Positions 49,897-62,790 of a stretch of 64,000 bases of DNA are shown in pieces. The position numbers and the translations under genes are program-made. A model generated the notes under the pieces. The model made no database searches. It was not told the DNA's origin and saw only the letters and a program-made list of their open reading frames with translations. Location of the stretch: positions 28,210,001 through 28,274,000 of the forward strand of contig OX597834.1 of assembly GCA_951406725.2 (NCBI GenBank), written 5' to 3'. Every line of letters starts with the position of its first letter. The first letter of the stretch is position 1. This stretch comes from Octopus vulgaris. Its lineage: Eukaryota.

Positions 49897-49987
49897 ATCC
49901 ACTCACATGGCTTTGGCCAGCCTGAGGCTATAGCAGAAGACACTTGCCCAAGGTGCCATGCGGTGGGACTGAACTCAGAACCATATA

Positions 49988-50220
49988 TATTTCTTTACTA
50001 CCCACAAGGGGCAAAACACAGAGGGGACAAACAAGAACAGACAAATGGATTAAATCGATTACATCGACCGCAGTGCGTAACTGGTGCTTAATTTATCGAC
50101 CCCGAAAGGATGAAAGGCAAAGTCGACCTCGGCGGAATTTGAACTCAGATCGAAGCGGCGGACGAAATACCGCAAAGCATTTCGCCCGGCGTGCTAACGT
50201 TTCTGCCAGCTCGCCGCCTT
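49988..50220 (-). mobile_element. SINE family B with 16-bp TSD, inserted in the same family A head
   Basis: TSD aactcagaaccatata at 49972-49987 and 50222-50237. Confidence 0.95.
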
Positions 50221-50351
50221 AAACTCAGAACCATATAGTTTGGAAGGAAGCTTTTTAACCACACAACCACACCAAGGTGCCACTCGGTGGGACTGAACCC
50301 AGAAGAACCATGTGGTTGGGAAGCGAGCTTCTTACCACACAGCCACACCTC

Positions 50352-50768
50352 CTCTTTTACTCTTTTACTTGTTTCAGTCATTTGACTGCGGCCATGCTGG
50401 AGCACCGCCTTTAGTCGAGCAAATTGACCCCGGGACTTATTCTTTGGAAGCCCAGTACTTATTCTATCGGTCTCTTTTGCCAAACCGCTAAGTGACGGGG
50501 ACGTAAATACACCAGCATCGGTAGTCAAGCAATGCTAGGGGGACAAACACAGACACACAAACATATACATACACATACATACATACATATATATACATAT
50601 ATACGACAGGCTTCTTTCAGTTTCCGTCTACCAAATCCACTCACAAGGCATTGGTCGGCCCGAGGCTATAGCGGAAGACACTTGCCCAAGATGCCACGCA
50701 GTGGGACTGAACCCAGTAGAACCATGTGGTTGGTAAGCAAGCTTCTTACCACACAGCCACTCCTGCGC
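50352..50768 (-). mobile_element. SINE family A, young
   Basis: Full body. Confidence 0.95.
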
Positions 50769-51409
50769 AAACTTCTTAAGCAGGAGGCAACAGCTCCACT
50801 TAAAACGGAATGATCTAATAAAGAGCAGCTAAGTAGCATCGTGAGAGAAGAAAGGAAGAAAACGAAGACCGTCTCAACTCTAAATGAAACAGAGCCAGTT
50901 ACATAAAACTCGAATGAGACAAACCAAAGACAGCCAGGCAATACAAACTGCTGGAATATTATTGATATTGTGGAGATTAGAGCTGACAACGATTTCTTGG
51001 TTTGGTCGTTGGTTTGGTTTGGTTTGGGGGCTGGTTTTATTTTTAGTTATTTTTGTCTTTATGTGATAATTTTTGAAAATTTTTATTTTATTGTTATCTG
51101 CAGCCTGTGTTTGTTGGTTATACTAATAAACAGACCAAACACCCACTCACACACACACACACACACACACAAACATACAAGCATCCACCTGCACACACGC
51201 ATACACAGATGGTGCCACACTTCTCTGCGCCCTCACCTCCACCTGCCACATTTATCACACTGTTCCAGCAACCAGTGGAATACATACACACATATACATA
51301 CACACACAGAGTTAAAACTTCTTGCAGCCAGACTCTTACCTTGTGTGTGTGTGAGAGAGAGTGAAGATGCACACACATAACAACGAGCATTTATTGTATA
51401 GTGCTCAAG

Positions 51410-51489
51410 ATACATGTATATGTACAAACATATACCTACATATGCAAACATACACATAAACACAGATATACATACATATAAATATATGC

Positions 51490-51540
<51 letters not shown>

Positions 51541-51618
51541 TACATACATGTGTATTTATAAATGTGCATATATGTATGTGCGTGTATGTGTCCATGTATA
51601 CACGTGTGTATGTATATA

Positions 51619-51662
<44 letters not shown>

Positions 51663-51668
51663 GTGTAC

Positions 51669-51705
<37 letters not shown>

Positions 51706-51739
51706 ATGTATGTATACACATTGGAGAATTTTATATCTT

Positions 51740-51780
<41 letters not shown>

Positions 51781-51939
51781 TGGAGAATTTTATATATATC
51801 TTTATATATATATATATATACATACACACACACTGGAGAATTTTATATATATATCTTCATATATATATATATACACACACTGGAGAATTTTATATATATA
51901 CATATATACACACACACTGGAGAATTTTATATATATATC

Positions 51940-52001
<62 letters not shown>

Positions 52002-52005
52002 TGCA
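51410..52005. repeat. TA/CA microsatellite field with 5 'ca(c/t)tggagaattttatat' anchors
   Basis: Anchors near 51719, 51778, 51831, 51878 and 51915. Confidence 0.9.
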
Positions 52006-52696
52006 TATATATTTGTATGTAGATAGATTCACAGACATGGATGTATCCAGATGTTTGTGTGTGAGTGTGTGTAAATGTGTTTTATGTAACCAAGTATACC
52101 ATTACTATAAAACCAAAGAGGATGATGGGAAGGATCTACTTCTATTATGTACTGAGGCAATGTGTGTGTGTGCATGTGTGTGTGTGTGTGATGGTGTGCA
52201 CGAGTGTATACGTGCGCATGCATCTATGATGTGGGAGTAGGTGCCCCCGGGGTTAGCAAGGAGCTAGCTGATAGTTGAGGATAGTGTTACTGTTGTGGGT
52301 TTGTCTTACAGACTGTTTAGAAAGTTCAAGTTTGGAGAAACACGGTGGCTCATGGGAAGAGGGGGGTACGGTGACGACGAGGGAGAAGAGGAAGGCGAAG
52401 AAAAAGTCTGGTGGTGTATAAAACAGAATGAAAAATGGGAAGGAGAAAAGAAAAAGAAAAAAAACGACAAAGTGTACGAGTGGAAATAATGGGAAGTAGT
52501 GGGTAGGGTGGGGGGAATGGCTATGAAGGAAAGTCGGAGAAGAAAAGTTGAAGAAATGTCAAAGACGAAGAAGGAATGTCAAAGATTAAAATACCCTTCC
52601 TCTCAAAATTACTGACCTCGTGCCAACATCAGAAACTATTATTATTATTATCATCATCATCATTATTATTATCAATTGGCCTCCGTGCCGTTGGAT

Positions 52697-52935
52697 TTAA
52701 AAAGCACCATCCGAGGGTAGCCGTTTGCCAGCCTCACCTGGCACCTGTGTCGGTGGCACGTAAAAAGCACCCACTACACTCACGGAGTGGTTGGCGTTAG
52801 GAAGGGCATCCAGCTGTAGAAACACTGCCAGATCCGACTGGGCCTGGTGCAGCCTTCGGGCTCCCCAGACCCCAGTTGAACCGTCCAACCCATGCTAGCA
52901 TGGAAATGCAGACGTTAAACGATGATGATGCTGAT
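52697..52935 (+). mobile_element. Family D element, 3' part
   Basis: 'ggtggcacgtaaaaagcacccactacactcacggagtggttggcgttaggaagggcatccagc...gacgttaaacgatgatgatg'. Confidence 0.9.
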
Positions 52936-52945
52936 TATTATTATT

Positions 52946-54215
52946 AAGGTGGCGAGCTGACAGAATGATTAGCACACCAGACGAAATGCTTAGCGGTATT
53001 TTATCTGCCGTTACGTTCTGAGTTCAAATTCTGCCGAGGTTGACTTTGCCGTTCATCCTTTCAGGGTCAATTAAATAAGTACCAGTTATGCACTGGGATC
53101 GATATAATCGACTTAATCCGTGTGTCTGTCCTTGTTTTTCCTCTCTGTGTTTAGCCCCTTGTGGGTAGTAAAGAAATAGGTATTTTATCTGCCGCTATGT
53201 CTTGAGTTCAAATTAATTCCGTCCAGGTCAACTTTGCCTTTCATCCTTTTGGTGTCAATAAATTAAGTACCAATGAAACACTGGGGTTCAATGTAATTGA
53301 CTAGTCCCCTCTCCCAAAATTTCAGGCCCTGTGCCTTTAGTAGAAAGGATTATTATCTCCACCTTAGCAAAGGCAGAGGTATTGTTTGCCCTCATGTTTG
53401 ATATCTCAAGAACTGCTGGATGGATGTGGATGAAACTTTCAGGGGTGTTTGGCCTCGTGATTGGCACAAACTGATTAGATTTGGGGATTGATCCAGTACT
53501 GGACAAGGATTCTGGATTACTTTTCCTGTTTTTTTACTTAATTTTCGAGAACGGTCAGGTTTATTTTTAGCATTCTCGTTATTAGTATTACTATTACTAA
53601 GGTGGCAGGCAAGCTGGCGGAATAGGTAGCACACCAGACAAAATTCTTAGCAGCATTTTGTCCATCTTTACGTTCTGAGTTCAAATTCTACGGAGGTCAA
53701 CTTTGCCTTTCATCCTTTCGGAAGTTGATAAAACAAGTACCAGTTGAGTACTAGGGTCAATATAATCGAATAGTCCCCTCCCCCAAATTTCAGGCCTTGT
53801 GCCTTAGTAGAAAGAATTATTAAGTACCAGTTGAGCATTGGGGTCGATGTAATTGACTTACCTCCCACCCACCCCGACCTTGCTGGCCTTGTGCCATAAT
53901 TCGAAATGATTAATATTATTGTTGAAAAGGCAGCAAGCTGGCAGAATTGTTAGCACACTTGGCAAAGTGCTTAGCAGTATTTCGCCCCCGCTACATTCTG
54001 AGTTCAAATTCTGCCGAGGTCAACTTTGCCTTTCATCTTTTTGGAGTCAATGAATTAGGTACCAGTTACGTACTGGGGGATCGATCAAATCAACTGGGCC
54101 CCCTCCTCCAAAATTTCAGGCCTTGTGCCTATAGTAGAAAGGATTATTATTATTGTTGTTATTACTATTATTTAAGCAGAGAACTGGCAGAATTGTTAGT
54201 GTGTTGAGTAAAAAA
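52946..54215 (+). mobile_element. Co-oriented cluster of 5-6 family B SINEs/fragments
   Basis: Units start near 52946, 53179, 53600, 53821, 53927 and 54175; both 3' variants present. Confidence 0.9.
53353..53585 (+). mobile_element. Helentron-associated (HINE-like) element
   Basis: 'ttatctccaccttagcaaaggcagaggtattgttt...ctcaagaactgctggatggatgtggatgaaacttt...tgattagatttggggattgatcc' resembles the widespread TTACCTCCGCCAAGGAGG-type element as recalled. Confidence 0.55.
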
Positions 54216-54545
54216 TCCTTATGGTGATGGTAGGGTTGATGGTGATGATGTTTGTGATGATGATAATGCAGAAAGTAGTAATAGTTGTTGTTGTTGTTGT
54301 AGTGGCAGCAGCATCGGTGGTGGTCGCTGTGGTGGCAGAGGTAATAGTGCTGCTATACAACCAGCTATACGTGAAATGGGATGAGAGCCAAGACTGATTA
54401 CAGCAGAACAGGGATACACACCCTTATGACTAACCACAACAGATTTCGTAACATTTCACATATGTCATGTGACTTCCAAACAACAACAACACACAACACC
54501 ACACACACACACACATGCCTACGTTCTCAGTCTTCCTTTACCCTA

Positions 54546-54597
<52 letters not shown>

Positions 54598-55894
54598 CAC
54601 ACACATTCATATACACATATATATATAAATCTATATATATATATGCATACAGATATGCATAGCTATATATATATATATAAAAGCAAAACACATACGTGTA
54701 TATATGAATGTGTGTGTATGTATGTGTATATATATATATATATATTTTTTATATATTATTTATAAAAATTAAGCAACAAAATATCACTGTGCACCATATC
54801 TGTGAATGTACATCTGTGTGCATGTAAGTGAACGCGTATGTATATATGTGTCTGTGATGTATAATATATCAATCCACACACATTATATGCATACCAAAAT
54901 ATACACACCTATGCATGTAAACGCAAACACATATTTGTGTTTACATATATATATATGCTTCTTGTATTTCTTATTAAGAAAAATAGCACAAAACACATTC
55001 TAGTAAAGAGTACAACCATGACAGTCACATCCTAATTGCATCTGGGATACTCTATCTGGGTCTACATTAACCAACATGGCCTTCTGTGTGAGTGAGTAGA
55101 GGGAGATTTAGCTGCTACTTCTAGCACTTCCTGTGGCTACGTTAACCTTTTATCTTGGAGGTGGGGGATGAGGGCACGGTTGACAGCTGTCAGTTTCAGA
55201 ACTGTTGCCCCTGACCATTGCAATATCCTGATTGGAAACTACTACCTTAACCTTGCCGACAACAAACCATTTGAGCCCCATCAATGATTCTATGATGCAA
55301 ACCAAGTGACACACACATAGATATATATATACATTTACAAGGGTTTCGTGAAATGGTCTGTGTGTGTGTTTTCAGTACATATTAAGCTACATAATTATGC
55401 ATTGTTTTAGCATTCCCACTGATGAACTACAGATGACAAATTAATCTATTTGCTCATTAATAAGGAAACTCAAGTATGGGATTAACTAAAAATAATGATT
55501 CCTTTCATTTTGGTGCTTTATCAGTGTGCCTTCAGAATTATTTTTACATGGTTTGGCTTTAAATGCCTTTTTAGCATGTAAGAAGTCCTATAATGGGTTC
55601 TTTTTGTGTATATACACTCTTCTGTTAATTTCTGTCTACCAAATCCATTCACAGGCCCAAGGTGCCATGCAGTGGGACTGAACCCAGAACCATGTGGTTG
55701 GGAAATAAGCTTCTTACCACACAGCCACACCTGTGCCTACATGTTCATTTTTTTTTTAAATTAAAACCTTTCACAATAATTTTATCCAAGAACTTTTTAG
55801 TTCAGGTTTGTTCTAAACACCATTTTATTAATGATTACTGATTTAGACAAAAAAAAAACCCCCCAGCAATTATTAAGAGTGGAGGTTGGTTGAT

Positions 55895-56200
55895 TCTGAC
55901 TTAAATGTTCCCACATTGGGTGACATATGAGGTAGTCAAAGTACTCCAGCAGGGTTCATCAGCAGCACCATCAGTGCATTGTTCCAGGGTAGGTTTACCA
56001 GCTGAAGGTCCCCGGCAATTGTCTGGTGCCAATATGTCTTGGGATGCTTCCTGCACTGCTACTCCTGAAGGCTGCCCTTAAAGACTTAGTTAACCCAATT
56101 CTGTTCGTCAGGAATCTCTCAAAATGTCCAAGCCAATTCAGTCAGCCCTTTTTTTACATGTCGATAATCACTGGGCATTAATCTGTATTTCCTCTGACTG
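55895..56200 (-). mobile_element. Degenerate RTE LINE 3' fragment
   Basis: Frameshifted minus-strand peptides LNWLGH (56141-56124) and RKHPKTYWHQTIAGDLQLVNLPWNNA (from 56052), like the RTE C-terminal RWLGH...GRPKxxW...DL motif; ends in taagtc. Confidence 0.7.
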
Positions 56201-56779
56201 CCCCATTGCTCATAAAGCCATTCCATTTGACGTCTCGTATTTCCCAAAATTGACCTCAGCAGGATTTGAACTCAGAACATAAAGAGCTGGAAGAAATACA
56301 AGCAAAAGCATTTTACCCATAGCTCTAAAAATCCTGCCAATCCACTTCCCTAAATGCCAACACAATAACAAGAATGTTATTTTACTAAACTCTTCCAATT
56401 ATTGATTATTTTCAAAATTAATTGAAACACGAAAGCAGCGTATTTCGTTGGTGATATGGCCACAGAAGGGTTCATTGACCTTTAAGGAATTAATACTATC
56501 TCAGCAAAAAATTCTTTGAAATTTCGCAGTCAAAACATTTCAGAGAAATTATTCTGTTTGACACAAGTCAGTCTAGATTCGTTTAAGTTAAATGGAACAA
56601 AGAAATGGTATCATGATATGGAATGCTCAAGAAAAAGGACAGGGCGAGGGGTGAGATATGGGGTGAAGGTCGTTGTTGGAACGTCTTTGATCAAAGATCT
56701 GCTCAGGTAGAGCTGACTTGGAGCTAAACAACAACAATACTGATGTGACTAACATCACCCAGTCGTGCTGCTACGACCA

Positions 56780-57390
56780 ACTGCCACCACCACCACCGCC
56801 ACCATCATCATCACCTCTAACATCACTACCGTCACTGCAACCATCACCATCATCACATCAGCTACAATCAGCATCATCATGAACATCACATCCACTACCA
56901 CCAACAGCTCACCCCCCACTACCATCATCATCACTACTATGGTTAGTTTCATTACAAATATCACCAACATCATACCATCAGCACCATCACATCACCACCA
57001 CCACCAGCTACCATCATCATCATCATCAACACCACCCCCACCCTCCCCACTACTGTCATCACTACAACCATCAACACTACTTATTCCACTACCAACATCC
57101 TCATCGCATCCATCCACCATCAACATTATAACAATGACTAACTTCATAACCACCACCACCACCATCACAACCACTACCATTATCACCACAACCATCACCA
57201 TCATCATCATCACCGCAACCACCACCACCAACATCATCATCATCATTACTGAAACCATCACCAATATCAACAGCATCACCACAAACATCTGCACATCCAT
57301 CATCACCACCACCACTACTACCACAAACACTTTCCCCACCACCACCTATCAGTGGCACCGGAACCACCAACACCACCACCACCACCAATC
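56780..57390. repeat. (CAC/CAT)n low-complexity block
   Basis: Visible repeats; explains the T/I/H-rich ORF. Confidence 0.9.
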
Positions 57391-58006
57391 CAACACCTAA
57401 ATCTGGTTTCTAAAGCTACTAAGTGGAAGTCTGTGTTCAATGTCCAATTGCCTCTTTGGTCGATTCCGATATTGAAAACCAATTATTTTAGTGGAACTGG
57501 CGCGAACATAGCAGACAACGACAAAGATTCCCCCGCTAAGTTCTTCAACAGATGCTACGTCCTCAGCTCTTCAATCTCTATTGATTTTTAATAGATTCTT
57601 TGACAAGCCAAAACACCAGGAACCCTTCTGATTGTGGAGCACAAATGGCAGGCCTTAATATGGTGTGGTGTGCCACGAGGGGGAGCATCGCTTTGTCACG
57701 TCATTTATTTCTATTGTAGCAACAATCACCACCAGAGTCATTTACCGGCATCACTACTATCGCCAATACTACTCCATTATGTCGACCACAACAAAATTTA
57801 CCAAAACTGTCGCCATCACCACTAGCCATCTCCAAGGCCACCTTATCATGTCAAGCAAACTACCATCATCATCACCATCACAACCTTTGTCAGAAAGCAT
57901 CAGCCGAAGGAACTGCACAGTGGGAGTGAACCCAGAACCATATGGATGGAAAGTGAACCTCTTTACTACACAATTAGGCCAACACCTATTAATACATACA
58001 TACATA

Positions 58007-58043
<37 letters not shown>

Positions 58044-58045
<2 letters not shown>

Positions 58046-58769
58046 TCTTTTATTCTCTTACTTGTTTCAGTCATTTGACTGTGGCCATGCTGGAGCACCG
58101 CACTGAAGAGTTTTAGTTGAGCAAATCAACCATAGGACTTATTCTATTGGTCTCTTTTTGCCAAACCACTAAGTTATGGGGATGTAAACAAACCAACACT
58201 GGTTGTCAAGCAGTGATGGTGGGGACAAACTCAGACATAAAAACAGACAAACATAGATATATACACACATACATATATATATATATGATGAGCTTCTTTC
58301 GGTTTTTGTCTACTAAACCCACTCACAAGGCTTTGGTCAGCCCAAGGCTATAATAGAAGACACTTGCCCAAGGTGCCACGCACTGGGACTGAACCCAGAT
58401 CCATATGGTTGGGAAGCAAGCCTCTTACTACAGAGCCATATATATACGACAGGCTTCTTTCAGTTTCCGTCTACCAAATCCACTCACAAGGCTTTGGTCA
58501 GCCCAAGGCTATAATAGAAGACACTTGCCCAAGGTGCCACGCACTGGGACTGAACCCAGAACCATATGGTTGGGAAGCAAGCCTCTTACCACAGAGCCAT
58601 ATATATACAACAGGCTTCTTTCAGTTTCCGTCTACTAAACCCACTCACAAGGCTTTGGTCAGCCCAAGGCTATAATAGAAGACACTTGCCCAAGGTGCCA
58701 CGCACTGGGACTGAACCCAGATCCATATGGTTGGGAAGGAAGCCTCTTACCACAGAGCCATGCCTGTGC
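58044..58769 (-). mobile_element. Family A SINE with its 5' ~161 bp triplicated
   Basis: Units start near 58290, 58451 and 58612 and share private variants (cagcccaagg, gcactggg, catatggttggg, cagagcca). Confidence 0.93.
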
Positions 58770-59171
58770 AATATATAATCACAAAGAGATAGATCATCAG
58801 ACATTGCGAGGGTCAACTGATTGTCTTCTGCGAACTCATTAATTAATTGAGTTGTCGTCATCACTGCTGCTGACATAGTTGTCTGTGACGTCAGTGTCGC
58901 CTTCATCATCATCATCATCATCATAATGATGACGATAATAGTGGTGATGACGATGATGATGATGATGATGATGAACGTTGTGAAGATAATGTTCTCTTCT
59001 GCTCAGTTAAGCTTGAAGTGAAGCAGTGTAAAACAACAGCTCAGTTCTCTTAACCCACACTGTAGTGACACATACATTATTGACACACATTTCCATCCTT
59101 CTCACACACACACACACAGATAGATATATAAACACACACACACACACACAGATATACAGATAGATAGATAT

Positions 59172-59207
<36 letters not shown>

Positions 59208-59367
59208 GAATCTATGTTTTAATATGTACTTATAAACATACATATAAGTACATATACCATCATATGTTACATATGTGCGTTTGTGTGTATGTAGACACAC
59301 ACACACATATATATATAGAGAGAGAGAGAGAGGAAAAGAAAGAGAGGGGAAAACTATATGCAGACAT

Positions 59368-59410
<43 letters not shown>

Positions 59411-59542
59411 AGCACATAGAACCACATACACACAACCACAAATATATAAACATATCAAATCACATCTTCCCCATACCACACCACACACACAAACCAGTGA
59501 CCTAATTACAGCCATCACGGGTCACAATACTGTACATTCCAA

Positions 59543-59585
<43 letters not shown>

Positions 59586-60512
59586 ACACACATGCACATG
59601 GCAGTACACATTAGATGCAAAATGACAATTAGGTCGCTTGACATGCTAGAAATAGCAGTAAAGTCGCCTTTAAATCACACCAGACCATCTTGAGAAAGAG
59701 AAAGACACTTTGGATAATGTAGTCCAAGGTAGAGATAGATAGTCACAGCTAGAATGCCTGATTGGAACTTACCTAGGGCTAAACAAGAGCAACTGCATAC
59801 AAACCACGTACACACAAAGACACACTCTACAAATACATAGACACTCACAGAGTAAATATATATACACACACACACACACCCACAGCTGGAACACCTGATC
59901 GGAGCTGACCCAGGGCTGAACACCAACTGCACAAAAACCACATACACACTCCTACACACACACACATTATGTATACACACACACTGACAAACATGTACAC
60001 ACACACACTACATACATAGACAAACACACTTCATACACAAACATACACACAGATCCTCTGTACACATACACACAGCGCATACACAAACACACTACATACA
60101 TACATTCACACATACATACACACTCCCACACACATTGTAACAGAGCGGATGAGTGTATCCATGGAGACAATAAACCAAAAACACCAACATTAAAAAAAAA
60201 AACAGATAAAACTTAATATTAAAGAAAGACATTAAAAAAAATCAAATATTGATTGTCATTGATTGATTTATTGACAACAGATCAATAACTGTGACTGATA
60301 GGAAGAGTGGGACAATGTGCAAGACAGTTGAATGAATAACAGTGGGGGAGAGTGTAGAAGCTACCATACAGTTACTCAATTATCTTGTTAGAAATAGCAG
60401 CCAAACCTCACTCAGATACTTTGATATCATAAATGCAACAAGACAAGGAAGGAGCCTTTAACCCAATCGTTACTGTATTTATTTTGAGATGCTCTGTGTT
60501 TTGTGCCGGTGG

Positions 60513-60895
60513 TGGAGGCGCAATGGCCCAGTGGTTAGGGCAGCGGACTCGCGGTCATAGGATCGCGGTTTTGATTCCCAGATCGGGAGTTGTGAGTGTT
60601 TATTGAGCGAAAACACCTAAAAGCTCCACGAGGCTCTGGCAGGGATGGTGGTGATCCCTGCTGTACTCTTTCACCACAACTTTCTCTCACTCTTACTTCC
60701 TGTTTCTGTTGTACCTGTATTTCAAAGGGCCGGCCTTGTCACTCTCTGTGTCTCGCTGAATATCCCCGAGAACTACGTTAAGGGTACACGTGTCTGTGGA
60801 GTGGTCAGCCACTTACACGTTAATTTCACGAGCAGGCTGTTCTGTTGATCGGATCAACCAGAACCCTCGTTGTCGTAACCGACGGAGTGCCTCCA
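60513..60895 (+). mobile_element. SINE family C with 13-bp TSD
   Basis: TSD tttgtgccggtgg at 60500-60512 and 60897-60909. Confidence 0.95.
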
Positions 60896-60896
60896 C

Positions 60897-61140
60897 TTTG
60901 TGCCGGTGGCACGTAAAAAGCACCAACCGATTGTGGTCACTGCCAGCCTCCCCAGGCACCTGTGCTGGTGGCATGTAAAAAGCACCCAATACACTCACGG
61001 AGTGGCTGGCGTTAGGAAAGGCATCCAGCTGTAGAAACCCTGCCAGATCAGACTGGAGCAGCCTCCTGGCTTCCCAGACCCCAGTCGAACCGTCCAACCC
61101 GTGCTAGCACTGAAAACGGACGTTAAACGATGATGATGAT
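60897..61140 (+). mobile_element. Family D element, 5'-truncated
   Basis: Two 'ggtggca.gtaaaaagcacc' units and (GAT)n tail. Confidence 0.9.
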
Positions 61141-61295
61141 AAAGAATTTAGTAAAACATCATTCAACTAGTGTTAGGAACATAAATTGTGACTAAGGTTT
61201 GGTGCAAGATTTTAATTCAAAACTTATGAAAAGAAGACATTTGTACTATAGAGCCAGAGCCGGTTTCAGCCATGTTGGCAATGAAAGGGTTAAGT

Positions 61296-61627
61296 CACTG
61301 GTTCTCGACTGGGGTCCATATGATCCCTGAGGATCTATATAAGATTTTTGAGGGTCCTTGTTAGCAAAATAGTAAATTGAGGATCCACAATAGTATTTTA
61401 AGGGGCCATGAAAAGTATTGATTTTGATGCATTTTTTGCAAGAAACAGCTAGGTTTCTTTCACTGATATTTTACAGTTTAAGCTCTTCAATGTGTGAAAA
61501 ACAAAATAGGAATTTTGAAAGTATTTATAAAATTAGTTTTTAAACAGAGAGTGGTTATTGGGGTCCACCAAGGTAAAATAGTAATCAAAGGGGCCCATAG
61601 GTAAAAAAAAATAGTTGAGAACAGGTA
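61296..61627. mobile_element. hAT-type MITE
   Basis: 'cactggttctcgac...ccataggtaaaaaaaaatagttgagaac'; related to 6372-6597. Confidence 0.65.
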
Positions 61628-61928
61628 CTCTAAAGCCATTGCTCACTTGCTAGAAATAGCTGCTAAATACACTACTTACTGCCTGGAAAATGAAGGAAAG
61701 ACACTGGGTAACATAGTAGTGCTATGTACACTATGGCCCATCCATAGACCTTCATCATACCATCCTTCAATGAAGCAGCTGTTATTCAGTCACTGCCCCC
61801 TCACTACCCATACAAGGGTAGTCTGCAGTGGAGCTGGCAGAATCGTTAGCACGCCGGGCATAAAGCTTAGCGGTATTTCGTCTGCTTTATGTTCAAACTG
61901 GCCAGATCCAGCCTCTTCCAATCTGCCC

Positions 61929-62315
61929 TGGATGGAAGCACTCCGTCAGTTACGACGACAAGGGTTCCGGTTGATCCGAATCAACGGAACAGCCTGCTCG
62001 TGAAATTAACGTGTAAGTGGCTGAGCACTCCACAGACACGTGTACCCTTAACATAGTTCTCGGGGATATTCAGCATGACACAGAGAGTGACAAGGCCGGC
62101 CCTTTGAAATACAGGTACAACAGAAACAGGAAGTAAGAGTGAGAGAAAGTTGTGGTGAAAGAGTACAGCAGGGATCACCACCATCCCTGCCGGAGCCTCG
62201 TGGAGCTTTAGGTGTTTTCGCTCAATAAACACTCACAACGCCCGGTCTGGGAATCGAAACCGCGATCCTACGACCGCGAGTCCGCTGCCCTAACCACTGG
62301 GCCATTGCGCCTCCA
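61929..62315 (-). mobile_element. SINE family C, full length, within a MITE E remnant
   Basis: Reverse complement of the C consensus; flanks 'ttatgttcaaactggccagatcc' and 'gaatgctaaagggttaa'. Confidence 0.95.
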
Positions 62316-62437
62316 CATTTGACAGTAAACTGAATGCTAAAGGGTTAATAATATGAAAGATTATTTCTACAGAAGGCACAAGGCCAATTGTCTTTGACTG
62401 AAGAGTAGAGGCAATTACACCAATCCCAGTATATCAC

Positions 62438-62591
62438 TCAACCACATGGTTCTGGGTTCAGTCCTACTGCGTGGCATCTTGGACGAGTGCCTTCTAATAC
62501 AGCCTCAGGCCGACCCCAAAACCACGTGAGTGGATTTGGTAGACAGAAACTGAAAGAAGCCCATCATATATATGTATATATGATGTATATA

Positions 62592-62622
<31 letters not shown>

Positions 62623-62790
62623 CTCCACCATCACTTGTCGACCGATGTTGCTGTGTTTATGTCCCTGTAACTTAGCAGTTCAGCAAAAGAGACCAACAGA
62701 ATAAGTATTAAGGCTTACAAAGAATAAGGCCTGAAGGGTGGTGCTCCAGCATGGCTGTAGTCAAATGACAGAAACAAGTAAAAGAATGAA
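62438..62790 (+). mobile_element. SINE family A, diverged, 5'-truncated
   Basis: Colinear with the A consensus. Confidence 0.88.

Larger units (their letters stand above)
60458..61293. mobile_element. MITE family H split by nested D and C SINEs
   Basis: Left arm TTAA-cccaatcgttactgtatttattttgagatg at 60458-~60502; right arm 61141-61293 ending aatgaaaggg-TTAA. Confidence 0.82.
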
